In this document: piece by piece, positions 26,981-38,412 of the stretch
Position numbering within the stretch: position 1 is the first letter of the stretch
Layout: the number at the start of each line of letters is the position of its first letter
Assembly: GCA_035221665.1 (NCBI GenBank)
Contig: CM069134.1
Coordinates: 20,584,001-20,648,000, forward strand
Source: Okamejei kenojei
Taxonomy: Eukaryota
Direction: 5' to 3'
Length of the DNA: 64,000 nucleotides
The notes under the pieces: generated by a model
What the model was told of the DNA's origin: nothing
Database searches by the model: none
What the model saw: the letters and a program-made list of their open reading frames with translations, nothing else
Translations under genes and position numbers: made by a program

Positions 26981-27984
26981 GTAACAGTTTTGATGAGTCT
27001 CTGTGCAGTTCATCATACACTCTTTCGGCAATAATAAAAAATGTTAAAATGGTGCCCTGGCAACTATATTTCTGTTTGTTGCATACATTGAAATTTGAAA
27101 ATATGCCAGTGATTTAGAAGATGTTTTAGTTATGATTTAAACTGTATAGCCTGGAGCATACAAGAACAACAGTGATATATAAATGAAATGTGGTACTGGT
27201 GATGTATGGATTCAAAATAATTTTTGACCAGTGCTAGAAGGCTGTAGATACTAGAGGATCAGATTGGAGGTTTGAGATGTAACGTTTGAAGAGCTGCAGT
27301 GTGACTAGCACATGGATTACAGACACCATGAGCCTTTCACTGTAGAAAGTTGCACACTGAGTGGATTTGTGCCAATAAATTGGTTATGGAGCCACTAAAG
27401 TAGATTAGTTCAGAAAACTTAAGCATGGGCCAAGTAGCTCATTGGAGAGTGCTGAGAGAAGCCAGCAAAACTAGGCTAGTGATGGTAGCACTGAAATAAA
27501 TTTAAATTGTTTTTATTAATAGGTAAAATAAATACATTTACCTCGGATTGTAAGAGTAGGCAGCAGAGAATAGTAGATTTTGATACCAAGGGGCTGAAAG
27601 GCATGCAAATGTGCTTTGTGTGTTTGCATGCTGGATGACTATCAATGATATACACTTCTCGACGTGCATGAAAACAGTAGCCATTCTAAGACTTTAAATA
27701 ATGTAAAACTGTCATTCTAACTGATATTTGGATAGCTGAAGCCTTTTAGCCATATCAAAAATTTAGAAAAGACAATTCCTTTGCGAGCTTAACTATCATT
27801 CATATGGAAATAAGGTGGATGTTACTCATAAGCAATCCATGGCCTGTAACAACCGCTCTTTATTTCTATTAATTATAATAACTAAATACTTCTAGATGTT
27901 GTAATGCAAGACCTTTGTCCAAATCCAGAAGTGATTTACTCAGAGATTTTCAACAGAAATATAGCACTTTGCTTGTCACAATTT

Positions 27985-28445
27985 CTGGACCGAAGTCGCT
28001 GCCTCAAAAAAGGTAGCCAGCACCATCAGAGACCCACACCACTCTGACCACACACTTATTTCACCCCTGCCTTCGGGAAGAAGGTACAGGAACCTGAAAA
28101 CTGTAATGTCTAGGTTCAGGAATAGCTACTTCACTACAGTAATTTGGCTATTAAACACTACAACCTCACATAACCTCTGAACTACATATAGTTATTATTA
28201 TTGTTCATTGCACTATTATTGTTTGTTTTTTGTGTGTACGTATGTGTGTGATCTCTCTCCCTCTCTACACATATATATATGTGTGTGTGTATTTGTGAGT
28301 ATGTGCGTATATATACACACACAGAACTTTTTGTTTCTCGTTTATTATATTGTTTACAGTGTACTATGTTTACATATTCTGTTGTGCTGCTGCAAGTAAG
28401 AATTGCATTGTTCTATCTGGGACATATGACAATAAAACACTCTTG
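27985..28445 (+). mobile_element. Rex1/Babar LINE 3' fragment
   Basis: Translates as RCLKKVASTIRDPHHSDHTLISPLPSGRRYRNLKT..SRFRNSYF..LLN (Rex1 C-terminus), followed by a microsatellite-bearing UTR ending gacaataaa. Confidence 0.8.
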
Positions 28446-28498
28446 TAGTTCTGGTAAAGTTTAAGAAAAAGTCTGAGTATCTTTTTTTTCTTTGTTAG

Positions 28499-28597
28499 TT
28501 GGACTCAAATGCTGAAAGTGACCCAGGTGTTCTAATGAGTGCTCAGACGATCACCTCAGAAACTTCAAGTACCACAACCACTACACACATCACCAAG
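28499..28597 (+). CDS. EPB41L3: EPB41L3 CTD exon LDSNAESDPGVLMSAQTITSETSSTTTTTHITK
   Basis: tttgttag|TTG ... AAG|gtaatt, 99 nt. Confidence 0.97.
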
Positions 28598-29224
28598 GTA
28601 ATTTTCGTATCTGATGTAGATTTTAAGCCAGCTGCCTGGATACAAAATAGATCCTAATTGCTGAACTCTTTAACCTTAAATGATCTATTCGTAATTCTCA
28701 TTGATCTTCTGACTAGGTTTATTTTTTTAGAAACTTCCGCCTTTTTTCTTAATTTTAGGGAATTTAAAATTTTAAGTACAACTTTTTTTTTCAAGAAGCA
28801 GATAATATATTCTTGGTCAGGGAATCAAAAATGTTGTTGCTGTGATCGACCAGACCACGAGGTACACTTGTGATCTCCCATTACCAACATACATGATCCA
28901 ATGATAATCTTCAGAATAATAAAACAGATGTGCTTTACCAGAAAAGACTCTCTGCAGCTTGGGATTATAGCAAGTAGTATCAAAATACAGAGAAATTAGA
29001 ATTTAAATAAGCAACATATCAGTAACATATGCACTAGTTTGTCAGTTGTTGCATGCCTCACAGTATGGACCAAGGCCGTGTTATAAAAGCTTGAGGCCTT
29101 CACTTGGTGAGTGTATCAAAATGTTTTCAATTGTTTGTTGCACCCAGAAGATGTACTTTATGAGCTATAAATCCCTTTGGGAGCTTCACTAAAAACGGCA
29201 GTTTACAGGTAGTAATTTCAGGTT

Positions 29225-31200
29225 ATTCAAAGATCCCGAGAGTTATACAGTGGTGGAACAGGTCCTACAGCCCAACTCATACATGCTGACGTGCCTATAC
29301 TAATCCCAATTGCTTCCATTTGCTATCTATCGACCTATCCAAATGTTGTTTAAATGTTGTAATGGTACCTGCCTCTGCCACCTCTTCTGGGAGCTCTTTC
29401 CACATGGCCACCAGTCTCTCTGTGGAAAAACTTGCCTCTCAGATCCCCTTTAAATCTTTCCACACTTAACTAAAATCTATGTCCCCTTATTTTAGACTCT
29501 CCTAACCTGGGAAAAAGACTGTGACTGTCTACCTTATTTTTGCCCCTCATCATTTTATAAACCCCAAAAAGATCACCCCTTGGTCTCCTTTGCTCCAGAG
29601 AAAACAATCCAGCCTCTCCCACCCTCCTAACAACTCAAGCTCTTTCATCCAGTCAACATTCCTGTAAAACCTCCTGCATCCTCCAACTTAATTTGAACCT
29701 TGGCAATCAGGACTGCAGCAATTGCTCCAAATTCTTTCTCACCAATGAATTGTGCAATTGTAACATAACGTTCCAACTCCTCCACTCAATGATGATCAGC
29801 TGATGAAGCCCAATATGCCTTCCTCAACACTCTCAGGGAACGATGTACTTTGTACCCCATAGTCTTGCAGTTTAATATGCTGTCTTGCTGTTACAGAATA
29901 ATGAAAGGCATAGATAGAGTGGATGTGGAAAGCATGGTCACAGCATCAGAATTAAAGGGCGCTCTTTTAGAAAGGACGTGAGGAGGAACTTCTTTAGTCA
30001 GAGGGTAGTTTATCTGTGGAACACGTTGCCACAGTGGGCCAAGTCAGTGGATATTTTTAAGGCAGAGATAGACAAATTCTTGATTAAAACGGGTGTCAAT
30101 GGTTATGGGGATAAGGCAGGAAAATGGGGTTAGGAAGCCGAGATCAGCCATGATTGAATGGTGGAGTAGACTTGTTGGGCCGAATGGCCTAATTCTACTC
30201 CTATAACACTTGCCAGACCCTGATGTTCACTGTCTATGTCTTGGCCTCTTTTAACTTCCCAGAATGCATCACTTCCCACTTGTTCAAGTTAAATTTTATA
30301 TTTTCTCCACCACTTGCTGACCTGCTGCTCTGGTTCCTACACCATGCCAACACTAATCCTCCCAAATAACACTAGCAACTCTCCCTGTAAAGATATTGCT
30401 TCCACTCCAATTCAGGTGCAGGCCATCCCTCTTATACAAGTTCCACCTGTTCTTGAAGTGAGCCCAATGATAAATATATCTACACAGTTCATTGGCCATC
30501 TATTGGTCTTTCTATTACTTGCCACACTAGCTCATTGCAGGAGTAGTAATCTTGAAATTACAAACCTGGAGGTCTTGTGTTTGTTTAATTTACTCTGCAA
30601 ATTCTATTTGCAGGACTTCAACTTCCTTCCTGCCTATAGCATTAACACTGATATGGACCATGACCTCCCTGGCTGCTCACCCCTCTCAGAATGTCCTGTG
30701 GCCAGAGACATAACCCTATCACGAGCGAGGCAACACCCCATCCTGGAGTCTCACTTGTGCCCTCAGAAACCCATGTCTGCACTCCTGACTATAGATTCCC
30801 CATCACTATTGCTCACCTAAACGTAGGCCTATCCTGCTGTTCAGCCAAGCCCGAGATGGTGCTGGTGTTCTAGCTCGTGATATTGTTTGCCCCCGAGAGG
30901 GCATTTCCCCATCCCCCACTACCCCAGCAGCATCCAGTATTGTTAAACTTGTATGAGAGGGAGACAGCAACAGGTGACTCCAGCACCACCAGCCTGCATA
31001 TGCTGGCAATCACCCATCTTTCTGGCTGAACCTTTAGAGTGGCCACCTCCCTGAAACTAGAGTCCTCTTAGCCTCCCAAATGCTCTTCAATGTGCCAATA
31101 TACAGTTGAAAAGATTAAATGTCCTGGATTTAATGAGAAATAAATCTTAACCACCTTGCCCAATATTCACCAAATCCCACTCTTGGACCTTTTAGCAGCA
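29225..31200 (-). mobile_element. Old, internally deleted CR1 with a younger + strand CR1 3' end nested at about 29890-30210
   Basis: Degenerate CR1 3' UTR/RT at 29225-29870 and 30210-30310, upstream CR1-like sequence to about 31200; the nested copy ends ggccgaatggcctaattctactcc. Confidence 0.65.
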
Positions 31201-31219
31201 CTTTCACCTCACCGCAGCC

Positions 31220-31513
31220 CCTTTAGACGCGAGAGCTACAGCGCAGAAATAGGCCCTTCAGCCCACCGAGTATGCCATCGACCAGCGTTCATCCCGTACA
31301 CTAGCACTATCCTACTCGCTAGGGACAAATTACAATTTACAGAAGTCAATTAACCTACAAACCTACACGTCTTTGGAAATGTGTGAGGAAATCGAAGCAC
31401 TCAGAGAAAATCCACATGGTCACAGGGCGAATGTACAAGCACCATTCAGAAAGCACTCGCAGGCAGGATCGAAACCGGATCTCTGGCCCTATAAGATAGA
31501 AACTCTACTGCTG
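31220..31513 (-). mobile_element. V-SINE (HE1-like)
   Basis: Same family as 2445-2715; its head is interrupted by a 120-bp insert at 31515-31635. Confidence 0.75.
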
Positions 31514-32099
31514 CTTGGCTCCTTTGCTCCAGAGAAAACAATCCAGCCTCTCCCATCCTCCTTATAACTCAAGCTCTTTCATCCAGTCAACATTCCTGTA
31601 AAACCTCCTGCAACCTCCAACTTAATTTGAACCTTCCTGTGCAGCCCTACTAGGATGGAGAATGACTTTAAAAATTGCTAACATCAACTGCATTAATGTG
31701 CTAAATGAAGAAAAAGTGGTGAAGGTGGGATATTAGCAGAGTGGATAAATCCAAAATGAGAAGAGTTATAGATAAGAAAATGTGAATCACGCAGATGCAG
31801 GGATTTTTGAAAAGTTGAGAAGTGTGAGCGGAGAGGACCGATAAAAAGGCAAATGATATTTTTGGTTTTACTTTTCAGCTTTGAAAGAAGCGGTGAACAA
31901 TTTGTACAGTACATTAATTAGATTATAAGCCTACGTGCAGTATTGTGTGTTCTTTTAGACACTCGAATCATAGAATAATACAGCCATGGGTCCTATGACT
32001 TTGCCTAAAAACTACCCAGTAGTTTACTTGCTCAGCCATTGTGATTGAGAGTTTATCTAAACTTGAGACAACTAACTATATTTGTATTCCTGTTTAAAG

Positions 32100-32180
32100 A
32101 CTGTGAAAGGAGGTGTTTCTGAAACGCGCATTGAGAAGCGAATTGTTATTACTGGAGATGCTGACATTGACCATGATCAG
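32100..32180 (+). CDS. EPB41L3: EPB41L3 CTD exon [27 protein letters not shown]
   Basis: gtttaaag|ACT ... CAG|gtatgt, 81 nt; near-invariant 4.1 CTD peptide. Confidence 0.98.
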
Positions 32181-32794
32181 GTATGTTACCTATGAACATA
32201 TTCAAACTTTTTTTGATGTAAAATAGCTTTAAAGCACAATATATTTAAAACACAAATCTGTTTTTTTTGGCAACACTTCTCGCCAAAGGAAGATTAAAAT
32301 GTTATGTTATAAAATATGGCAAACTGCGTTTCAAGTTAAAGGAGCTGTAAGTCATTTAATAGGAGTATGGGGCCGAAAGATTGCACAAGATTCAATTTTC
32401 AATCAATTCACGTATTTGAACTTCGGGGGGTTGAGGACAAGAGCATCTTCACTGAAGTAATAGTACTTTGAGAACAAAAGTTCTGTCACATTGGCCATAA
32501 GACTCTCTTGGTGAACCGCAGCCAGCACAGAAGATGGTGAAACCAATTGAAAAATCCACTGCCCACTGAAAGAAAATACACGCCCTCAAGACGGATGAGA
32601 TCAAATTTAAAGTATATGCATTTAGCATACAAATATATGACATACTGCTCCTTCCTGTAAAAATCTTACGGTTTTCTTTAAATCATTTCCATCAGTGAAA
32701 TAATTGAGAACAAAAGTCATAATTCTCCATCCTGCTTCTGATCATGCATGTCCCACCTACTGTTTTTACACCTCGGGGGCTTTCTTTGGGTTAG

Positions 32795-32905
32795 GCCCTG
32801 GCTCAGGCAATTAAAGAAGCCAAAGAGCAACACCCTGATATGTCTGTGACCAAAGTAGTGGTACACAAAGAGACGGAGATCACACCAGAGGACGGGGATG
32901 ATTGA
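32795..32905 (+). CDS. EPB41L3: EPB41L3 last coding exon [36 protein letters not shown]
   Basis: gggttag|GCC; TGA at 32903-32905; the exon continues 6 nt to the donor CAG|gtaaga at 32911/32912. The C-terminus ETEITPEDG identifies 4.1B rather than 4.1R/G/N. Confidence 0.97.
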   Translation, partial: ALAQAIKEAKEQHPDMSVTKVVVHKETEITPEDGDD

Positions 32906-34077
32906 TCGCAGGTAAGAACATACAGCATCTGCCTGCTGTGCAGTATTGCAGCATTCTCTGCGTAGCTCCGATTTTAATTTGCAGCTTTTAACTCTATAAC
33001 CCATGGGCAAGTGCTTGGGATTGGCCTACTACCACATTTGGTTCATGAAATATAATGCTTACTTATTTAATTGATCTGGTTTAAGATTTTGAAAATATAT
33101 TGAAAATAAACAAATGTGTGTTGCACATATAGACCAAATCTGAACTGGTGCTAAATTGGCACACAATCTGTCGATGTCCTCACTTTTGCATAGAATTACT
33201 TATGGAGATCAAGACTTGTTTTGACAGGATGTATCTTCAAGGTGTTAAATGTTTGGGATGTGATACCATATATAATTAATCTGGACGACAGAAAAAAAAG
33301 TGTTTTGCTCATTTCTACAAGATAGATAGAGATCTGATCTAAAGAGTGTCCTCTATTATCATGGGAGATTATGAAACTGGGCCCAGAAAGTGCGAACAAA
33401 TTAAAATCATTTCATGTTTATCAAGTTTCATAAGGGTGAAACAAACCAGAAATATGGCACTTGTATCTCAGACAATACTACTGGCTAAAGTAAAAGCCCA
33501 AACCTAACACCATGGGCACTTAACCGATTCATTTAAATTGCACTTAAATGTGCCATTTTTCTTGCCTATCTTGTCATATTTCTTGCCTATCTTGCCATAT
33601 TACACTCAGGTTGACAGTGAGGGAGAATATAAGATTACAAGTAGTTCACAGGTTAACGGGAACAATTTATTTCAAAGATTTGTACTGTTATCAGTGGCAT
33701 GAAGAGTTGACTTACAAATGACATATACTAGGATCCATGGGTTAAAGAGTGATTTGCGTGGCTGCTTTTGGTTATTTGAAGAAATAGTTATTCCCACCCC
33801 TGTGATTTCATTAGTGTGTGTCTCTTCCTACTGTGCTTTTGCATGCATTTATCATCTCATATTTATGCCATAACCATTTCATTTTATTGACTGGAAATAT
33901 ACCATATTAAGCTTCTGTTCCATTACTATACTTATCCTTGGGAAAATGCTCTAATATCAGTAATTAAAATCGAGCATTTTTTAAGTTAAAAATAAATCAA
34001 GGGTTTAGTTAAATTAGAAAATATTAACAAGCTTGAAAAAAATACTGGCTTGTTGAAAGTTGTATTAATTTAATGGT

Positions 34078-34177
34078 AGTCTGAAGAAGGGTCGGGTCTC
34101 GACCCAAAATGTCGCCTATTCCTTCTCTCCATAGATGCTGCCTCACACGCTGAGTTTCTCCAGCATTTTTGTGTACC
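34078..34177 (+). mobile_element. 100-bp Penelope-derived insertion beginning at a hammerhead-like core, with 14-bp TSD
   Basis: agtCTGAAGAagggtc...tcgacccAAAAtGTC; TSD ATTAATTTAATGGT at 34064-34077 and 34178-34191. Confidence 0.8.
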
Positions 34178-35248
34178 ATTAATTTAATGGTGGTTATTTT
34201 TACTTCAATTAACACAATTTAAGTTTTGTACTGGGGAGTTTTATACTAAAAACCCAGGAAAAACAAAAATAGAATGTTGACGTTTTGGCATCAGGAATTT
34301 TGATTAAAAATCACATTTGCTTTGAATTACTGATTTGTCATCCGAATGAAATGGGAGGTTTAGAATGAGTTGATACTGGTCCTTTTTTCTGAAAAGGTTC
34401 TTGCAGTTCACTTGATCTCAATCGGCCAACTTTCCCTAATCACTTGCACATTAATTATTTGAGATCTCAAATAATTGATTTGCTATGCAATCCTATCTAG
34501 AAAACCCACGTTTTATCAGTTCACATTGTGGGATTAGTACCTTGGCCTTTGATTGTGGTGCTTCTGAAATCACCACTGACCTTTATAGTGTGGATTCTGT
34601 TAAATTCTTCAGGTAATTTGGAGGATTGGATGCATAATGGCCAACAATGCATGAACATTCACAACTAAGTGCACTGTTGTGGCATATTATTAGCCAATAA
34701 CTATAGCATTTCCTGAAAGAAAAATGCGGCAAGTTTGTGTGAAAGTGACATTTTTAAAATTCTTTAAAACCACGTCAAGTTTCAATGTACTGTTCGCCTA
34801 AAAACTCATCACACCGTCACGTCACATGTTGGATTGTATTCTTCTGATCCAATAATATACAATATTATCATTGCACAAATATGTAAATTGCAACTTTTGC
34901 CTTATTTTTTTATTTTAGTCCAAACTAAGCTTTTTGTTTGAATTATGTGGCTGCCTAACAATTGAACGCTGCAGTTTGCTGCTATGGACTTTTCCCAAAG
35001 TTTGCTTTTTTTTTTTGTTTCTCTCCAAAATGAGATGCATCAGCTGCAAGCTCTGACTCGTTTTGCCTTTGCATCGTGTTCTGTTATATGAAGCTGTAAA
35101 CACAAGATGGGGGTCTGCAGAATATTTTAAGAATGAGAAAGATGCAATTTATGGACATTTCAAACCAATATTGCATAGTCAGTATTTTGATATTTGTAAA
35201 TGAAATACTGATTGGAGTAATTATTGTTGTTTTATTTTCCTTTCGCAG

Positions 35249-36480
35249 GAGTAACCACATCGTCACAAAAGAAGTCATGCATACACGTCATTAGGAATGA
35301 TTTTGGAGTCTTAATGGAGTCATACACTTGACTTCATTTGTCATGAATCCATCCACTAATGATCTTTCACATCAAGCGTACTGGAGCACGTTGTATGATG
35401 ACCCTCTCACTAAATGAGAACATTTGCAAAATCTTTTCATTCCATCATATCCAAACGGCAAATGAATATTGCATGACTAGAAAAAAAATCTTTTATCACA
35501 AAAATAATTTAAAAACACACACATTTTCACACTCATAGAGTAAGGCATTCACACCACTTAAGTTATCTCTTAGCAGCACGTTCATGCAGCAAAAGGGTAC
35601 ATTGGGATATTAATATTTTAAATGAAACATGCAATCCTGCCTTTGACAGTTTAATAAAACTATAGCTGAGCAAGGTAGTAAGATAAATGATGTGGCAGTA
35701 ATTCGTTTTAATTGTACCTGGGATCATTTATAAACAAGCAACTTTCACCCCAGAGAACTGGTGAAATGTTAATTGTATCAAGGGATTATGTCATACCTTA
35801 CAGTAGATGTGCCAATAACAGTGTAAACCCATATCTATTCTCATACTACGGAACTTGAAGCTTGTAACTGGAAATCTTGATATACAATGGTAATGCCTGT
35901 GAAAACATGAATAACCTTCAACAGTTTAGAACAAGTTGTTTTGCTGCATCTTGTGCTTTGTCAGCATAATTTGATGTCACCTAACAGATTTTTTTAAAGG
36001 AATATATATAAATATATATTTGAATGATTTGGTTTTGTTAGATAAGCATATTCTTTTATATTAGAACCAAAAGGCCAGGTAGGGAGACCTCCATTGATTA
36101 TAGTTTTTGACTTCCCGTTGAGGAAACATCAGAGTTCCTTTTAAAACTGACTTTGTTTGCTCAGTTTTCTAATGCTAGTGATTGTGTCTGTTCTAGAAAG
36201 ATTCTTTCTGTTTATTACCTGTGACCTCTCATTTTAACTTTGATGGCATTGATTCTTTATAAGCACTCTGCATAGACTTCAGAGTCAGAGCAAAGCCTTA
36301 AATTAAACATAAAATAATAGCAAGCCCTCATTGAAAGTTTTCAAAGCATTTATAATTTACAGAAAACCATACATTGCTTACTGTAGGGTACAACATTTTA
36401 ATCAGATTTTCTGTTGCAATGTAATAAATGTTGAATGTATGTTTCTTCATGGTGAAATAAAAGTGGTAAAAGGCATAAAT
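35249..36480 (+). other. EPB41L3: EPB41L3 non-coding terminal exon (3' UTR); 3' end approximate
   Basis: Strong acceptor tttattttcctttcgcag|GAG at 35248/35249; repeat-free AU-rich sequence; AATAAA at 35653, 36423 and 36456. Confidence 0.7.
36423..36461 (+). terminator. Paired polyadenylation signals (AATAAA x2)
   Basis: AATAAA at 36423-36428 and 36456-36461, with a downstream T/GT-rich tract (ctgtcttattctgtt). Confidence 0.6.
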
Positions 36481-36826
36481 ACTCTACTGTCTTATTCTGT
36501 TCAAAATTCTTAACATGCAGGAATTTACAAAAAATATATTTTGGAATTCTTTAATCAGCCTTGGAATTCTTTAATCAGCATTGTGGTTGTAGTGAAGGCC
36601 AAGCTATCAGCATTATTATTCCTTGAAATTGATGGTAACTTCTGGTAACCATGTGTGCAGTTAATCATACAAATCCAGAGGCAATTCTCTGCATCTGCAC
36701 TGGGCTTATTGTTAAAATCTTCACAGAGGCAATTAACACATTCAGTGACTCGGCATAAAACAACTATTACTGCACTATTCCCCCTGTTAAAAACATTGAA
36801 AATATTATGCCTTGCTGAATGAGGTA

Positions 36827-38412
36827 CAGTGGCTTGCAAAAGTTTTCATACCCCTTGAACTTTTCCACATTTTATCACGTTACAACCACAAACGTAAATG
36901 TATTTTATTGGGATTTTATGTGATAGACCAACACAAAGTGCTGCATGATTGTGAAGTGCAAGGAAAATGATACATGGTTTCCAAATTTTATTACAAGCAA
37001 AAAAACTGAAAAGTGTGGCGTGCAAAAGTATTCTGCCCCCCTGAGTCAATACTTTGTAGAACCACCTTTCGCTGCAATTACAGTTGCAAGTCTTTTGGGG
37101 TATGTCTCTACCAGCTTTGCACATCTAGAGACTGACATTTTCATGCATTCTTCTTGGCAAAATAGCTCAAGCTCAGTCAGATTGGATGGAGAGCGCCTGT
37201 GAACAGCAATTTTCAAGTCTTGCCAGAGATTCTCAATTGGATTTAGGTCTGGACTTTGACTGGGCCATTCTAACACATGATTATGCTTTGATCTAAACTA
37301 TTCCATTGTAGCTCTGGCTGTATGTTTAGGGTCGTTGTCGTGCTGGAAGGTGAACCTTCCCGCAGACTCTAACAGGTTTTCTTCCAAGATTGCCCTGTAT
37401 TTGGCTCCATCCATATTCCCATCAACTCTGACCAGCTTCCCTGTCCCTGCTGAAGAAAAGCATCCCCACAGCATGATGCTGCCACCACCATGTTTCACAG
37501 AGGGAATGGTGTGTTCAGGGTGATGTGCAGTGTTAGTTTTCCGTCGCACATAACGTTTTGCATTTAGGCCAAAAACGTCAATTTTGGTCTCATCAGACCA
37601 GAGCACCTTCCCCCACATGTTTGCTGTGTCCCCCACATGGCTTGTGGCAAACTGCAAACGGGACTTCTTATGGCTTTGTTTCAACAATGGCTTTCTTCTT
37701 GCCACTCTTCCATAAAGGCCCAATTTGTGGAGTGCACGACTAATAGTTGTCCTGTGGACAGATTCTCCCACCTGAGCTGTAGATCTCTGCAGCTCCTCCA
37801 GAGTTACCATGGGCCTCTTGGCTGCTTCTCTGATCAATGCTCTCCTTGCCCGGCCTGTTTAGGTGGACGGCCATGTCTTGGTTGGTTTGCAGTTGTGCCA
37901 TACTCTTTCCATTTTCGGATGATGGATTGAACAGTGCTCCATGAGATGTTCAAAGCTTGAGATATTTTTTTATAATCTAACCCTTCTCCACAACTTTATT
38001 CCTGACCTGTCTGGTGTGTTCCTTGGGCTTCATGATGCTGTTTGTTCACTAATGTTCTCTAACAAACCTCTGAGGCCTTCACAAAACAGCTGTATTTATA
38101 CTGAGATTAGATTACACACAAGTGGACTCTATTTACTAATTAGGTGACTTCTGAAGGCAATTGGTTGCACTGGATTTTATTTAGGGGTATCAGAGTAAAG
38201 GGGGCTGAATACTTTTGCACGCCACACTTTTCAGTTTTTTATTTGTAAAAAAATTTGAAAACCATGTATCATTTTCCTTCCACTTCACAATTGTGCGCCA
38301 CTTTGTGTTGGTCTATCACATAAAATTCCAATAAAATACATTTACGTTTGTGATTGTAATGTGACAAAATGTGGAAATGTTCAAGGGGTATGAAAACTTT
38401 TGCAAGCCACTG
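36827..38412 (-). mobile_element. Tc1 (Passport-like, DD34E) transposon copy 1; transposase pseudogene 38033-37046
   Basis: TA|CAGTGGCTTGCAAAA...TTTTGCAAGCCACTG|TA, TIRs of about 220 bp with internal direct repeats; WSDETK, HDNDPKH and [11 protein letters not shown] motifs; nonsense codon at 37298, frameshifts, and a 6-aa deletion. Confidence 0.96.

Noticed and set aside
36541-36579. Short tandem duplications (here, and at about 33558-33600 and 18671-18700)
   Set aside because: Ordinary slippage-type duplications with no sign of function.
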